From assembly GCA_965242865.1 (NCBI GenBank), contig CBDETK010000013.1, forward strand, positions 4,992,001 to 5,056,000: a DNA stretch of 64,000 bases, in the 5' to 3' direction. Made by a program: the position numbers and the translations under genes. Positions within the stretch are counted from its first letter, which is position 1, and each line of letters starts with the position of its first letter. Of this stretch, positions 18,622-28,296 are shown one piece after another. The stretch comes from Candidatus Latescibacterota bacterium. GTDB lineage: Bacteria > Latescibacterota > UBA2968 > UBA8231. Under the pieces are notes generated by a model. That model worked only from the letters and a program-made list of their open reading frames with translations. It did not search any database and had not been told where the DNA came from.

Positions 18622-19569
18622 CTACCGCGTCCTCGCTGTCTTTCGCAAGCGGCACACGAAAAATCCCTCCATCCCTCCCAGCGGCAAAATCCGCTTGGCT
18701 CGCTGGACTTGAGCGTCAAACGCCTTGCCCCGCCATTGGCTCAAGCCCGACGCCACATTGTCAAAAGGCAGCGCGATGTCCTCTACGGTTAAAGCCCCGG
18801 TAAACTGCCGCAACATCCGGCTGATGATGGCCTCGTTTTCTTCGGGCGCGAAGGTGCAGGTCGAGTAGATCAACACCCCGCCCGGCTTGAGGCACTGCAC
18901 GGCCGAGTAGCACAACCGCCGCTGTTTGCGGCTGGCCTCGGCAATTTTCTTCTCGCTCCAATAGGCATACGTCTTGGGTGCGTGGGCGCGGAACCGCCCC
19001 TCGGACGAGCACGGCGCGTCGAGGAGCACGCGGTCGAATCGCTCTGGGTGGCGACGCCAGAGGCGGGTTCCGTCGGCGAGGAGGACTTGCACGTTTTCGG
19101 CCCCGTGCCGCGCCAAATTGTCCCGCAGACGAAAGAAGCGACCGCGCACGGACTCTACGGCCCAGACGCGCCCTTGATTGCCCATGCACTCGGCGAGCTG
19201 CAAGGTCTTGCTGCCCGGGGCGGCCCCGAGGTCGAGAATGGCCTCCCCGCGTTGGGGGGCCAAGAGAATCGGCGGCACCATGCTGGAGGGGTTTTGGATG
19301 TAGAGCCGGCCTTCGCGGCAGGCCGCACACTCGGTGAGGGCGCGGCGCTGGGCAGCCGGGACGACAAAGGCGTCGGCCTTCCAGCCCAGCGGCGTCAGGG
19401 CAAAGCCTGCGGCCGCTAATTCGGCGGGGAGCGCGGCCGGGGGGGCCTTGAGGGCATTGGCGCGGAAGGCCGTAGGCTGCTCAACGGCCAAGCTCTGCCA
19501 GCAGGCCGCAAAGTGCTCGGCTGGGAGCACGGCCTGCAAGCGGGCGCGAAAGGCTTCCGGTAAAGACAC
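18622..19569 (-). CDS. RsmB/RsmF (NOL1/NOP2/Sun) RNA m5C methyltransferase
   Basis: YIQNPSSM, LDLGAAPGSKT, VLLDAPCSSEG, YSTCTFAPEENE. Confidence 0.93.
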   Translation of the reverse strand: MSLPEAFRARLQAVLPAEHFAACWQSLAVEQPTAFRANALKAPPAALPAELAAAGFALTPLGWKADAFVVPAAQRRALTECAACREGRLYIQNPSSMVPPILLAPQRGEAILDLGAAPGSKTLQLAECMGNQGRVWAVESVRGRFFRLRDNLARHGAENVQVLLADGTRLWRRHPERFDRVLLDAPCSSEGRFRAHAPKTYAYWSEKKIAEASRKQRRLCYSAVQCLKPGGVLIYSTCTFAPEENEAIISRMLRQFTGALTVEDIALPFDNVASGLSQWRGKAFDAQVQRAKRILPLGGMEGFFVCRLRKTARTR

Positions 19570-19574
19570 GGTCG

Positions 19575-20405
19575 CTAGGCCCTCGGCGGCACCTCGTCGC
19601 CGGTCGGCGCGGGGAGGTCAATCCAATAGCCGCTCGGGTCGGTGCCGCGGCAGATATAGCCGTTGGCGCGCCGCTCTTCGCGGGTGCGCACCTCGGGCGG
19701 CATGTAGCGCAACGTCAGCCCGCAGCGGCGGCGCGTGGAGCGGTTGGGGGCCGAGCCGTGCAAGAGCAGGTCGGTGTGCAGGGACATCTGACCGGCGCGC
19801 ATGGTAAAGGCCACCGGCTCGTCGCCCCACCGGAGCGGATCGCGCACGCTCTGCCCCAAGACGTTTTGCTCCTCGGCGGTGCTGTGCTCAAAGGGAATCT
19901 GCCCGTGCAAATGCGAGCCTGGGACGACGGTCATCGGCCCGTTTTCCGCATCCACATCGTCGATGGCCAGCCAAGCGGTCACCACCTTGCTCGGGGTCAG
20001 GGGCCAGTACGAGGCGTCTTGGTGCCAGACGACCTGTTGTTGGTCGCCCGGCTCCTTGCAAAAGTAGTGGGTCATCACGCTGACGAGGTTGGGGCCGAGG
20101 AGGTCTTCGACGCAATCGAGAATGCGCGGCTCGTGCAACAAGTCGTAGATGCCCCGGCAGTGGCGATGCCAGCCATTGATCGAATAGCTGTTGTGCCCGC
20201 TAGCTTGGGCGCGGGCCATGAGCGCGTCGAAATAGCGGAGATTGGCCGCGGCTTCCGCCGGCGTGAACACGTCCAAAGGACAGATATAACCCCGCTCGTT
20301 AAATTGGCGGATCTGGGCGCGGGTGAGCGTTTTGGGCTGGTCGTTGGTCGCGCTGAAAAACTTGAGTACGCGCTCCATGTCGGGGAGGGCATCGGTGATG
20401 GGCAT
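19575..20405 (-). CDS. Phytanoyl-CoA dioxygenase family protein
   Basis: WHQDASYW, WLAIDDVDAENG, VPGSH, LLHGSAPN.S..RR. Confidence 0.92.
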   Translation of the reverse strand: MPITDALPDMERVLKFFSATNDQPKTLTRAQIRQFNERGYICPLDVFTPAEAAANLRYFDALMARAQASGHNSYSINGWHRHCRGIYDLLHEPRILDCVEDLLGPNLVSVMTHYFCKEPGDQQQVVWHQDASYWPLTPSKVVTAWLAIDDVDAENGPMTVVPGSHLHGQIPFEHSTAEEQNVLGQSVRDPLRWGDEPVAFTMRAGQMSLHTDLLLHGSAPNRSTRRRCGLTLRYMPPEVRTREERRANGYICRGTDPSGYWIDLPAPTGDEVPPRA

Positions 20406-20503
20406 GGGGTTCTCCTATTGATAGTAAGGTTGATTGCCTATCTTACCACTCGGCCTTTAGGCCGTAAAGCCCCAACGGAAAGGTTGAGAAGCGAGGTAAG
20501 AAA

Positions 20504-21550
20504 ATGACTCCGTACAAAGTAGGTATAATCGGCTGCGGCCAGCGCGGTCGCGCCCACGCCGAGGGCTATCAAGCGGCCCCAGTCCCCATCGCGGCCTGTG
20601 CCGACCCAGTGGAAGCGGCCCGGGCGTCTTTTGCCGCGGACTTTGCCGTTGCGGCCCCATACCAAGACTACCGCGCCATGCTAGCGCGCGAAGCCCTCGA
20701 TGTGGTGAGCGTCTGCACGTGGACCGGCCTGCACCGCGAGATGGTCGAAGCCGCGGCCGCGGCCGGCGTCAAAGCGATTCACTGCGAAAAGCCCATAGCC
20801 AGCACTTGGGGCGATGCCAAGGCACTGTGCCGGGCCTGCGCCGAGCGCGGCGTCCTCCTCACCTTTTGCCACCAACGCCGCTTTGGCGCGGCGTTTGTCA
20901 AGGCCAAACAATTGCTCGACGAAGGGGCCATCGGCGCGCTCCAGCGGCTCGAAGGCGCGTGCGCCAACCTGTTTGATTGGGGGACGCATTGGTTTGACAT
21001 GTTCTTCTTTTACAACGACGAAGCGCCCGCCGAATGGGTCATGGGCCAGATTGCCGTCGAGGCCGAGCGCGCGGTTTTTGGCGTGCCCTTAGAGACCAGT
21101 GGCCTGTCGTGGATTCGCTGGCAAAACGACGTCGAGGGGCTGCTCGGCACAGGGGCCGCGCAGGTGCAAGGCCCGCGCAACCGCCTCATTGGCCGCGAGG
21201 GCATCATCGAAGTCGGAGGCGCGGCTCGCGCACCGTTGCGGCTGTTGCGCGCGGGGGCGACGTGGCAGGATTTTGCGGAGGAAGAGATCGCCGGGATCGT
21301 CCCGCCGGGCGGCGACACCGTGCTGTCGGTGCTCGATTTAATCGCCTGTCTCGAAAGCGGCGCGGAGCCGCGCTTGTCGGCGCACAAGGCCCTGCAAGCG
21401 ACCGAATTGATTTTTGCCACGTACGAGTCGAGCCGCCGCCGCGGGCGGGTGTTGCTCCCGCTCGACACAGAGGACTCCGCCCTGATTACCATGCTAAAAC
21501 AGGGCGCGGTCGGGCCGGTGAATCATGTGACGCAGGAAGTGCGTAAATAG
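20504..21550 (+). CDS. Gfo/Idh/MocA family oxidoreductase
   Basis: VGIIGCG, HCEKPIA, HQRRF, DWGTHWFD. Confidence 0.9.
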   Translation: MTPYKVGIIGCGQRGRAHAEGYQAAPVPIAACADPVEAARASFAADFAVAAPYQDYRAMLAREALDVVSVCTWTGLHREMVEAAAAAGVKAIHCEKPIASTWGDAKALCRACAERGVLLTFCHQRRFGAAFVKAKQLLDEGAIGALQRLEGACANLFDWGTHWFDMFFFYNDEAPAEWVMGQIAVEAERAVFGVPLETSGLSWIRWQNDVEGLLGTGAAQVQGPRNRLIGREGIIEVGGAARAPLRLLRAGATWQDFAEEEIAGIVPPGGDTVLSVLDLIACLESGAEPRLSAHKALQATELIFATYESSRRRGRVLLPLDTEDSALITMLKQGAVGPVNHVTQEVRK

Positions 21551-22362
21551 TGCGTACTATCCGCCCGGCCACCGCAAGCGATATTCCCGGCATCGCCCGG
21601 GTCTGCGAAGCCGCTTTTGCCGAGCCAATTGAGCTCGAGGTCTGCCGTGGCCAGATCGCCGACCCCACCATGGACCTCCACGTCGCGGTCGAAGGGGACG
21701 AAGTCGCCGGTTTTGTCTCCGCCTTCGCGCTAGCAGGAGCGACAGACAGCCCCTATTTTGTCGATAGCCTTGCCGTCCGTCCACAGAGCCAAGGCCGAGG
21801 ACACGGTCGACGCCTGATCGAATCGACTTGGACGACCGCCTGCCGCCGTGGATTTTGCCTATCGCGGGCACTCATCCGCACCGACAACTCGCCGAGCCAG
21901 CGTTGCTTTGCCCGCTGCGGCTATGTAGCCGACCAACGCCCAAACAGCCTCTACATTTGGCCGCCGCAAGCGAGTGCCGCCAACGGCAAAATTGCTCCCG
22001 TCCGCTTACTGCCGGTTGACACCATCACCTATCGCGGCCTGTGGCTCGAAAGGCTCGCCGACGCCAGCGTGGAAATTCAGCACCGTGCCGTGCAACAGGC
22101 CCGTGCGTACTGTGCCCACGAGGGTCGCGGCCCCAGCGGCGCCCTGATCGCCGACCCGGCCCATTTCGACGCCGCATTGCTAGATCAAGCGACATTAAAG
22201 GGAACATACCGCTGGTGGACGAAAACGCTGCGATCGGCAGGGAACGGAGTAAGTCAGATTCAACCCCACAGCGCCCGTAGCCGAGGCAGCAGGATCTCTG
22301 CGTCGCGGTCGGGGATGTGGCCTTCCCAGACCCGATTCTCCTCGGGCGTTGAGCGGTCGTAA
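21550..22362 (+). CDS. GNAT family N-acetyltransferase
   Basis: IRPATASDIPGI, LAVRPQSQGRGHGRRLI, N..SQRCFARCGY. The 3' end overlaps the convergent gene by about 100 bp. Confidence 0.8.
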   Translation: MRTIRPATASDIPGIARVCEAAFAEPIELEVCRGQIADPTMDLHVAVEGDEVAGFVSAFALAGATDSPYFVDSLAVRPQSQGRGHGRRLIESTWTTACRRGFCLSRALIRTDNSPSQRCFARCGYVADQRPNSLYIWPPQASAANGKIAPVRLLPVDTITYRGLWLERLADASVEIQHRAVQQARAYCAHEGRGPSGALIADPAHFDAALLDQATLKGTYRWWTKTLRSAGNGVSQIQPHSARSRGSRISASRSGMWPSQTRFSSGVERS

Positions 22363-23153
22363 GAACGTTGCCGCAAATCCGGCAGGTTTAGGGTGTGGAA
22401 GCTCGTCTTGAAAAAGCCATCGGGCGAGAGCACGATGCGGCGATAGCCCAAGGGAAACCCGATCAGACAGGCCGTATCGACGACCAGATAGTCGCGGTAG
22501 GAGGTGATGCGGTTGATGTGGCGGTGGCCGGTAAAAGCGGCGACGATGGCCGGGCTTGCGTCGAGCGTTTTGACCAGCCGCGGCGCGCCGGCAATCACGC
22601 CTCGATCCCCGTCAAAGTCCGGCAGAATCCAAGGGTGGATAACCAGCAGCAGGGCGCAGCCAGCGGCCAGTGCTTGAGCCGCGGCCGCGCGCAGGGCCTC
22701 GTCGAGCGCGTCGGTCCAGACGCCCGCTCCGTGCTCAAAGACATCGCAGTCGTGGAAGACATTGGCCAGAGCCAAGCGCAGGCGCGGGGCCGCCTCAACG
22801 ACCGTCAACGGAGCGGGACAGGCGAAGCGAGCGGCGAAACCAGCGAAGGACCCGGTCTGGGCGTCGCAATCGTGGTTGCCCGGGACGGCGTAGAACGGGG
22901 CTTTAATCCGGGCAAAGGCCGTAGCGGCCTCGTCAATTGAGCGCAGATAGGTCGCGGTCGGCAGGTTGAAGGACGACCCGCCGCAGAGGAAGTCGCCGCC
23001 GTGGACGACGAAGTCAACGGGCTGGGCGTTGAGGGCCGGGGGGATCGCGTCGAGCACCTCTTGGCTGCGGGTAAGCATTTTGGGCGCGCCGTAGTCTTTG
23101 GGGGCGTCGGGGTAGTGGTGGGTGTCGGTGAGAAAGGCGAAGCGAACGGACAT
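22260..23153 (-). CDS. Calcineurin-like metallophosphoesterase
   Basis: TDTH, HGGD, VPGNHD, IHP, TGHRH motifs. Confidence 0.9.
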   Translation of the reverse strand: MSVRFAFLTDTHHYPDAPKDYGAPKMLTRSQEVLDAIPPALNAQPVDFVVHGGDFLCGGSSFNLPTATYLRSIDEAATAFARIKAPFYAVPGNHDCDAQTGSFAGFAARFACPAPLTVVEAAPRLRLALANVFHDCDVFEHGAGVWTDALDEALRAAAAQALAAGCALLLVIHPWILPDFDGDRGVIAGAPRLVKTLDASPAIVAAFTGHRHINRITSYRDYLVVDTACLIGFPLGYRRIVLSPDGFFKTSFHTLNLPDLRQRSYDRSTPEENRVWEGHIPDRDAEILLPRLRALWG

Positions 23154-23180
23154 GGAAGCGGCTCCTTTTTCGGTCTAGGC

Positions 23181-23402
23181 GGCTCGTAAAGTAAGTGTCG
23201 CGTCTTACTACACGACACCAGCGGCCAACCTTCCAAGGGTCGAGGGCGTAGCGGCAACACCAGAACAGGCGGACTCCACGGAAGAGTCGCGTAGCAAGTG
23301 GCTCCGGTTACACCAGTATCCGTTATTACTATTCGTCCGAGCGGATACCGCCAAGGCGCGGGCCGCTCCCTGAAATCTATTCAACCGCGACATCCGCGAG
23401 CC
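23181..23402. ncRNA. Candidate rod-like structured RNA (6S-like topology)
   Basis: Nested pairings GGCTCG/CGAGCC, TGTCGCG/CGCGACA, AGCGGCC/GGCCGCT, CCTT/AAGG share a symmetry axis; internal hairpins GACTC/GAGTC and GTATCCG/CGGATAC. Confidence 0.35.
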
Positions 23403-23407
23403 AACCC

Positions 23408-24388
23408 GTGCCCCAAATCGTCGTTGAAAACCTAGTCAAAACCTATCGCATTGCTGAGCGCCGGCCCGGCCTTTGGGGGGCCTTTCGCGGCGTGGTGCAG
23501 CGCTCGCACCGCACCATTCGGGCCTTGGACGGTATCTCGTTCTCGCTCGAAGCCGGCGAACTCGTCGGCTACATCGGCCCCAATGGCGCCGGCAAATCCA
23601 CGACGGTCAAAATCCTCTCCGGCATTGTCGTGCCCGATTCGGGACGCTGCGAGGTCCAAGGCCGCGTCCCTTGGGCGGACCGCATTGGCCACGTCCGCCG
23701 CATTGGCGTGGTTTTTGGCCAGCGCACCCAGTTGTGGTGGGACCTACCAGCCATTGAGTCTTTTGATCTGCTGCGCGACATCTACAAAGTGCCCGGCGCC
23801 GCCTACGGTCGCCGGCGCGACGCGCTCATCGCCATGTTGGAGCTCGATTCCTTTCTCGACGTGCCGGTGCGCCAGCTTAGCTTGGGCCAGCGCATGCGCT
23901 GCGATCTAGTCGCGGCTCTGCTCCACGGCCCGGGCCTGCTCTTTTTGGACGAGCCGACCATTGGCCTCGACGCGGTTTCCAAACTGGCGATGCGCGATTT
24001 TATCAAAGAACTCAATCGCCGAGAGGGCACCACCGTCATCCTGACCACCCACGATATGGACGATATCGAAGCCCTGTGCAACCGGGTCGTGGTCATCGGC
24101 GATGGCGCGATCCTCTCCGACGGCAGCCTCGCTGATTTGCGCGCCCGCGTCTCGTCCGAGCGCCGCCTCATCGTCGATTTAGTTGATGCCGCCGCGACCA
24201 TTGAAGACGAGGTCGCGCGCGTGGTGCAGCGCGATGGCCCCCGGGTACATCTCAGCTTCGCGCCCGAGCGCATTTCCGCGCCGGCCCTCATCAGCCGCAT
24301 CACCGCCCGCCACGAAGTGCGCGACCTGTTTGTGGAAAACCCGCCGATTGAGGAAGTCATCGCCCAACTCTACCGGGATCGCCCTTGA
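23408..24388 (+). CDS. ABC transporter ATP-binding protein
   Basis: [47 protein letters not shown]. Confidence 0.95.
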   Translation: MPQIVVENLVKTYRIAERRPGLWGAFRGVVQRSHRTIRALDGISFSLEAGELVGYIGPNGAGKSTTVKILSGIVVPDSGRCEVQGRVPWADRIGHVRRIGVVFGQRTQLWWDLPAIESFDLLRDIYKVPGAAYGRRRDALIAMLELDSFLDVPVRQLSLGQRMRCDLVAALLHGPGLLFLDEPTIGLDAVSKLAMRDFIKELNRREGTTVILTTHDMDDIEALCNRVVVIGDGAILSDGSLADLRARVSSERRLIVDLVDAAATIEDEVARVVQRDGPRVHLSFAPERISAPALISRITARHEVRDLFVENPPIEEVIAQLYRDRP

Positions 24389-25179
24389 TGCGGCCCTATT
24401 GGTCCGTCCTCAGCGCCCGCGTCCGCATGTTGCTGCAATACCGGGCCGCGGCCCTCGCCGGCATGGGCACTCAGTTGGTTTGGGGCCTCATTCGGGTAAT
24501 GGTCTTTGAAGCGTTCTATCGCACGACCACCCAAGCGCAACCCATGACCTACGCCGAGGTCGTCAATTACGTCTGGCTCGGCCAAGCCCTGTTCGCCCTG
24601 TTGCCGTGGATGCCGGACAACGATGTACGCGCCATGGTCCGCACGGGCACGGTCGCGTACGAATTGGTGCGCCCGGTTGATTTGTACGCGTTTTGGTACA
24701 GCCGCTCCTTGGCCAATCGCATCGCCCCCACCCTGCTGCGCTCGGTGCCGCTGTTCTGCGTGGCCTTCCTCTTCTTGGGTCTGCAAGCGCCGGCGTCCCC
24801 AGCGGCAGCCGCGGCGTGGGCCGTAGCTACGGTGGGTGCGGTCCTGCTGGGCGGGGCCTTGTCCAACTTGGTCAACATCTCCTTGCTGTGGACCATTGCC
24901 GGCGAAGGTTCCATTCAAATGCTGGGAATATGTATCTACGTCTTTTCGGGCATGGTGGTCCCCTTGCCGCTGTTTCCCGACGCCATGCAGCCCATACTCG
25001 ACTTCATGCCCTTCCGCGGCTTGGCCGACACCCCTTTCCGCCTGTACATGGGGCACATTCCCGCGTCGCAAGCGTGGTCGGTCGTTGGGCATCAGCTCGC
25101 GTGGACGCTGGCGCTGGTGGGGTTGGGCCGCTTTCTCCTCCACCGCGGCACGCGCCGCTTGGTCGTCCAAGGAGGCTGA
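24388..25179 (+). CDS. ABC-2 family permease (DUF990 type)
   Basis: LQYRAAALAG, YVWLGQA, G.VAYELVRPVD, FSG..VPL.LFP, VVQGG C-terminus. Confidence 0.9.
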   Translation: MRPYWSVLSARVRMLLQYRAAALAGMGTQLVWGLIRVMVFEAFYRTTTQAQPMTYAEVVNYVWLGQALFALLPWMPDNDVRAMVRTGTVAYELVRPVDLYAFWYSRSLANRIAPTLLRSVPLFCVAFLFLGLQAPASPAAAAAWAVATVGAVLLGGALSNLVNISLLWTIAGEGSIQMLGICIYVFSGMVVPLPLFPDAMQPILDFMPFRGLADTPFRLYMGHIPASQAWSVVGHQLAWTLALVGLGRFLLHRGTRRLVVQGG

Positions 25180-25183
25180 AGCC

Positions 25184-25987
25184 GTGCTCGATGGACTGCG
25201 CCTGTACGGCCGCTACATTGATATTTCCTTCCGCAGCCAAATGCAGTATCGGGCCTCCTTTGTCATGCTGTCCGTGGGGCACGGCCTGATGACCGGCTTG
25301 GAGTTCTTGGGCATCTGGGTGCTCTTTGACCGCTTCGCCGCCCTCGACACCTGGACCCTGCCCGAAGTGGCCTTCTTTTACGGCCTAATCAACATCGCCT
25401 TTGCCCTGTGCGACGCCTTCTCGCGCGGCTTTGACGCCTTCGCCGCGACGGTCAAAAGCGGCGACTTCGACCGCCTGCTATTGCGCCCCCGCAGCACGGC
25501 TTTGCAGTTGGCCGGGCAAGAACTTACCCTCAAGCGCATCGGCCGCATCGCCCAGGGATTGGTCGTCCTGTTGTGGGCGGCCGACGCCCTAGAGCTATCT
25601 TGGACGCCGGACAAGCTGCTCCTCGTCGCGTTTACCATCCTCGGCGGTGCTTGCCTGTTTTACGGCCTGATCGTCCTGCAAGCGACGCTGGCCTTTTGGA
25701 CGACTGAGAGCTTGGAAATCGTCAATGCCGTGACGTATGGCGGCGTGGAGACGGCCCAGTACCCGCTGGCGATTTACCGCGAGTGGTTTCGCCGCTTTTT
25801 CACTTATGTCATCCCCCTCGCCTGCGTTAGCTACTACCCGGCGTTGGGGATTTTGGAGCGCCCCGACCCCTTGGGCTCCGGCCCGTTATTCCAATGGCTG
25901 GCCCCGACCATTGGCCTGCTCTTTTTTGTAGCCTGTCTGCGCGTCTGGCAGGTGGGTGTGCGGCACTACCGATCGACGGGAAGCTGA
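25184..25987 (+). CDS. ABC-2 family permease (DUF990 type)
   Basis: RSQMQYRASF, GDFDRLLLRP, QYPLAIY, YRSTGS C-terminus; GTG start after GGAGG. Confidence 0.9.
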   Translation: MLDGLRLYGRYIDISFRSQMQYRASFVMLSVGHGLMTGLEFLGIWVLFDRFAALDTWTLPEVAFFYGLINIAFALCDAFSRGFDAFAATVKSGDFDRLLLRPRSTALQLAGQELTLKRIGRIAQGLVVLLWAADALELSWTPDKLLLVAFTILGGACLFYGLIVLQATLAFWTTESLEIVNAVTYGGVETAQYPLAIYREWFRRFFTYVIPLACVSYYPALGILERPDPLGSGPLFQWLAPTIGLLFFVACLRVWQVGVRHYRSTGS

Positions 25988-26016
25988 CGGGTGCGCCTTG
26001 CCCTTGGGCTTTCGCG

Positions 26017-26038
26017 GGATATACTTTGGATATACATC
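26017..26038 (+). promoter_or_regulatory. Putative mazEF autoregulatory operator
   Basis: GGATATAC direct repeats immediately upstream of mazE. Confidence 0.5.
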
Positions 26039-26060
26039 GCCTTGTGAAGAGGTTAGCCAA

Positions 26061-26306
26061 ATGAGTACCATACAGAAATGGGGAAACAGCCAAGGGCTTC
26101 GATTGGCCAAGGCCATTCTCCAAGAAGCGCAGCTAGATGTGGGCGACGAAGTGGATATTTCCGTTGAGAACGGGCGAATTATAATTGAGCCTACGACTAA
26201 GGTTCGGGGGAGATACGATTTGCAGGAGTTGCTGGCAAAGATGCCCAAAGAGTACCGAGCGGAAGAGTTGAATTGGGATGGACCTGTCGGGAAAGAGGTC
26301 TGGTAG
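26061..26306 (+). CDS. mazE: AbrB/MazE antitoxin
   Basis: IQKWGNSQGLRL, YDLQELLAKM, WDGPVGKEVW. Confidence 0.92.
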   Translation: MSTIQKWGNSQGLRLAKAILQEAQLDVGDEVDISVENGRIIIEPTTKVRGRYDLQELLAKMPKEYRAEELNWDGPVGKEVW

Positions 26307-26660
26307 ATGCCCCGTTATATTCCGCAGAAAGGGGACTTCGCGATTTTGACTTTTGATCCACAGGCGGGGCACGAGCAAAAAGGGCGTCGTCCCGCATTGG
26401 TAGTCAGCAATACGCTGTTCAACAGGCACACCGGACTTGCCATGGTGTGTCCGATAACCAAGACAAAAAGGAATATCCCTTTCCACGTGGAAGTTCCAAG
26501 CGAATCATCCCTTGTGGGGTACATCATGGTCGAACAGATCAAATCCGTCGATTACGCGAGCCGCAAAGCATCATTCGTTGGCAAAGCCCCCCACGCCGTT
26601 CTTGACGAAGTGTTAAGCCTCCTAGACGCCTGCCTATACCACTCGCCCACGGCGAGCTAG
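26307..26660 (+). CDS. mazF: PemK/MazF endoribonuclease toxin
   Basis: FDPQAGHEQKGRRPALVVS, VCPIT, EQIKSVDY. Confidence 0.93.
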   Translation: MPRYIPQKGDFAILTFDPQAGHEQKGRRPALVVSNTLFNRHTGLAMVCPITKTKRNIPFHVEVPSESSLVGYIMVEQIKSVDYASRKASFVGKAPHAVLDEVLSLLDACLYHSPTAS

Positions 26661-26676
26661 ACAATAAAGGAATGCG

Positions 26677-27789
26677 ATGGCAACGGACGGAACGATTTTG
26701 CAAACGGGCACTCCAGCGGCTGTCGGCCTGTCGGCGGCCCAACTCGAGCGAGCCTTTGGCCTGCTTGCGGCTGCTATTGAAGCGGGCCAGATCAGCGCGG
26801 CCTCCCTGACGGTAGCGCGGCACGGCAAAGAGGTCTTTGCCCGAGGAGCGGGTCGGCAAAAACCTGGCACCGGCCCGCCGGTTGATGCGGATTCGATCTT
26901 TCTCCTCGCGTCGATCACCAAGCCGGTCACCGCTTGTGCGCTGATGATCCTCGTCGACCGCGGGCTGGTCTCGCTCGACGATCCGGCCGCCGATTACCTG
27001 CCCGAGTTTACCGGCGGCGACCGACCCGCCATTAAGGTCCGCCACCTGCTATCGCACACATCGGGGATGCCCGATATGTTGCCGGAGAATGTCAGCCTGC
27101 GGCGGGCACACGAGCCGGTAGGGGTCTTTGTCGAGCGCGCCCTGCAAACGCCTCTGCTCTACAAACCCGCGACCGATTTCCGCTACCAGAGCAAGGGCAT
27201 CCTGCTGGCGGCCGCGATCGTCGAGCGCGTCAGCGGCCAGCGGTTGCGCGACTTTGAGCGCGAGGAAATTTTCGCGCCCTTGGGCATGGAGCGCAGCGCG
27301 TTGGGCTTGGGCGCGTGGTCGCTGGCAGATACCGTGTGGTGCGGGACGGACGCCAAAGAGGACGAAGAGCAGCAGAGTTGGGGATGGAATTCCCGCTACT
27401 GGCGCGATTTTGGGGCGCCGTGGGGCGGCATGCACAGCAGCGGACGCGACTTGGCGGTCTTGCTGCAAACCATGCTCAACGGCGGTGCGTACGGCGACCA
27501 GCGCATCTGGAGCCGCGCCGCGGTCGCAGCCATGACGCGGGACCAAAACGGGGCACTCAACGCGCCGTGGGGCCTTGGGTGGGGCGTGTGCGGGGCGCGG
27601 GTGTGGGCCTTTTGGGGCGATCTGGTGTCGCCACACACCTTCGGCCACACCGGGGCCACCGGCACGGTGGCGTGGGCGGACGCGGAGCGCCAGTTAAGCT
27701 GCGTGGTGCTGACCAACCAGATGGTCGCCAACGGGAGCCTGTTGCGGCGGGTGTCCAACGCGGTATCGGCCGCCGTGGAGGCGGACTAG
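26677..27789 (+). CDS. Serine hydrolase, beta-lactamase-like (class C/esterase) family
   Basis: ASITKP (SxxK), LLSHTSG, FRYQS, FGHTGATGT. Confidence 0.9.
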   Translation: MATDGTILQTGTPAAVGLSAAQLERAFGLLAAAIEAGQISAASLTVARHGKEVFARGAGRQKPGTGPPVDADSIFLLASITKPVTACALMILVDRGLVSLDDPAADYLPEFTGGDRPAIKVRHLLSHTSGMPDMLPENVSLRRAHEPVGVFVERALQTPLLYKPATDFRYQSKGILLAAAIVERVSGQRLRDFEREEIFAPLGMERSALGLGAWSLADTVWCGTDAKEDEEQQSWGWNSRYWRDFGAPWGGMHSSGRDLAVLLQTMLNGGAYGDQRIWSRAAVAAMTRDQNGALNAPWGLGWGVCGARVWAFWGDLVSPHTFGHTGATGTVAWADAERQLSCVVLTNQMVANGSLLRRVSNAVSAAVEAD

Positions 27790-27845
27790 TCCAACTCTCC
27801 GCCGAGTTCATTCCGCAGCAGAAATTAACTTTATCAAGTTTATTA

Positions 27846-27873
27846 TTGACTTTTTTCATTACATCGCTATAAT
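27846..27873 (+). promoter_or_regulatory. Sigma70 promoter with overlapping AT-rich tandem operator-like repeats
   Basis: TTGACT-16 bp-TATAAT; related 8-mers TTAACTTT/TCAAGTTT/TTGACTTT upstream. Confidence 0.7.
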
Positions 27874-27906
27874 AATGCCTAAATCCAATTATTTGGAGGT
27901 GCCGTT

Positions 27907-28296
27907 ATCAAGGACTGGAAAGAGTTAACCGATCTGACGAAGGGGGCGCGTCTCGTGGTGGAGCGGGTTTTTCTGCCGGATAGCGAAGTCGCAATCGAAG
28001 GACAATTTGAGCCGCCGGCGCTAGCGGGTCTTTCGGCCGAGGACCAAGTATTCGTAATGGCCTTCGTCCACGTCCACGGCTCGATCAAGGAGATGGAGCG
28101 CATATTTGGCGTCAGCTACCCGACGGTCAAGAACCGGCTGAATGCCATTGCCGAGCAGCTGCAGTTAGTCGAGGCGGTGTCGCAAACCGCAGAAGCGGCG
28201 GGCACTGCGCGCTCGAATCCCCAGTCGGCGGCCGTTCTCGACAGCCTCGACCGCGGCGAGATCGACGTTGAAGAGGCCCTGCGGAGGCTCTCCTGA
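27907..28296 (+). CDS. DUF2089 family HTH/SHOCT regulator
   Basis: HGSIKEMERIFGVSYPTVKNRL, C-terminal LDRGEIDVEEALRRL. The GGAGGT RBS points to an ATC codon at 27907; the first canonical start is GTG 27955. Confidence 0.85.
   Translation: MKDWKELTDLTKGARLVVERVFLPDSEVAIEGQFEPPALAGLSAEDQVFVMAFVHVHGSIKEMERIFGVSYPTVKNRLNAIAEQLQLVEAVSQTAEAAGTARSNPQSAAVLDSLDRGEIDVEEALRRLS

Noticed and set aside
22260-22362. 103-bp convergent overlap of the GNAT and phosphoesterase genes
   Set aside because: Most simply explained by stop-codon drift of the GNAT gene; nothing suggests function.
23181-23402. Retron msr/msd interpretation of the inverted repeats
   Set aside because: There is no reverse transcriptase nearby. 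The region is kept only as a generic ncRNA candidate.
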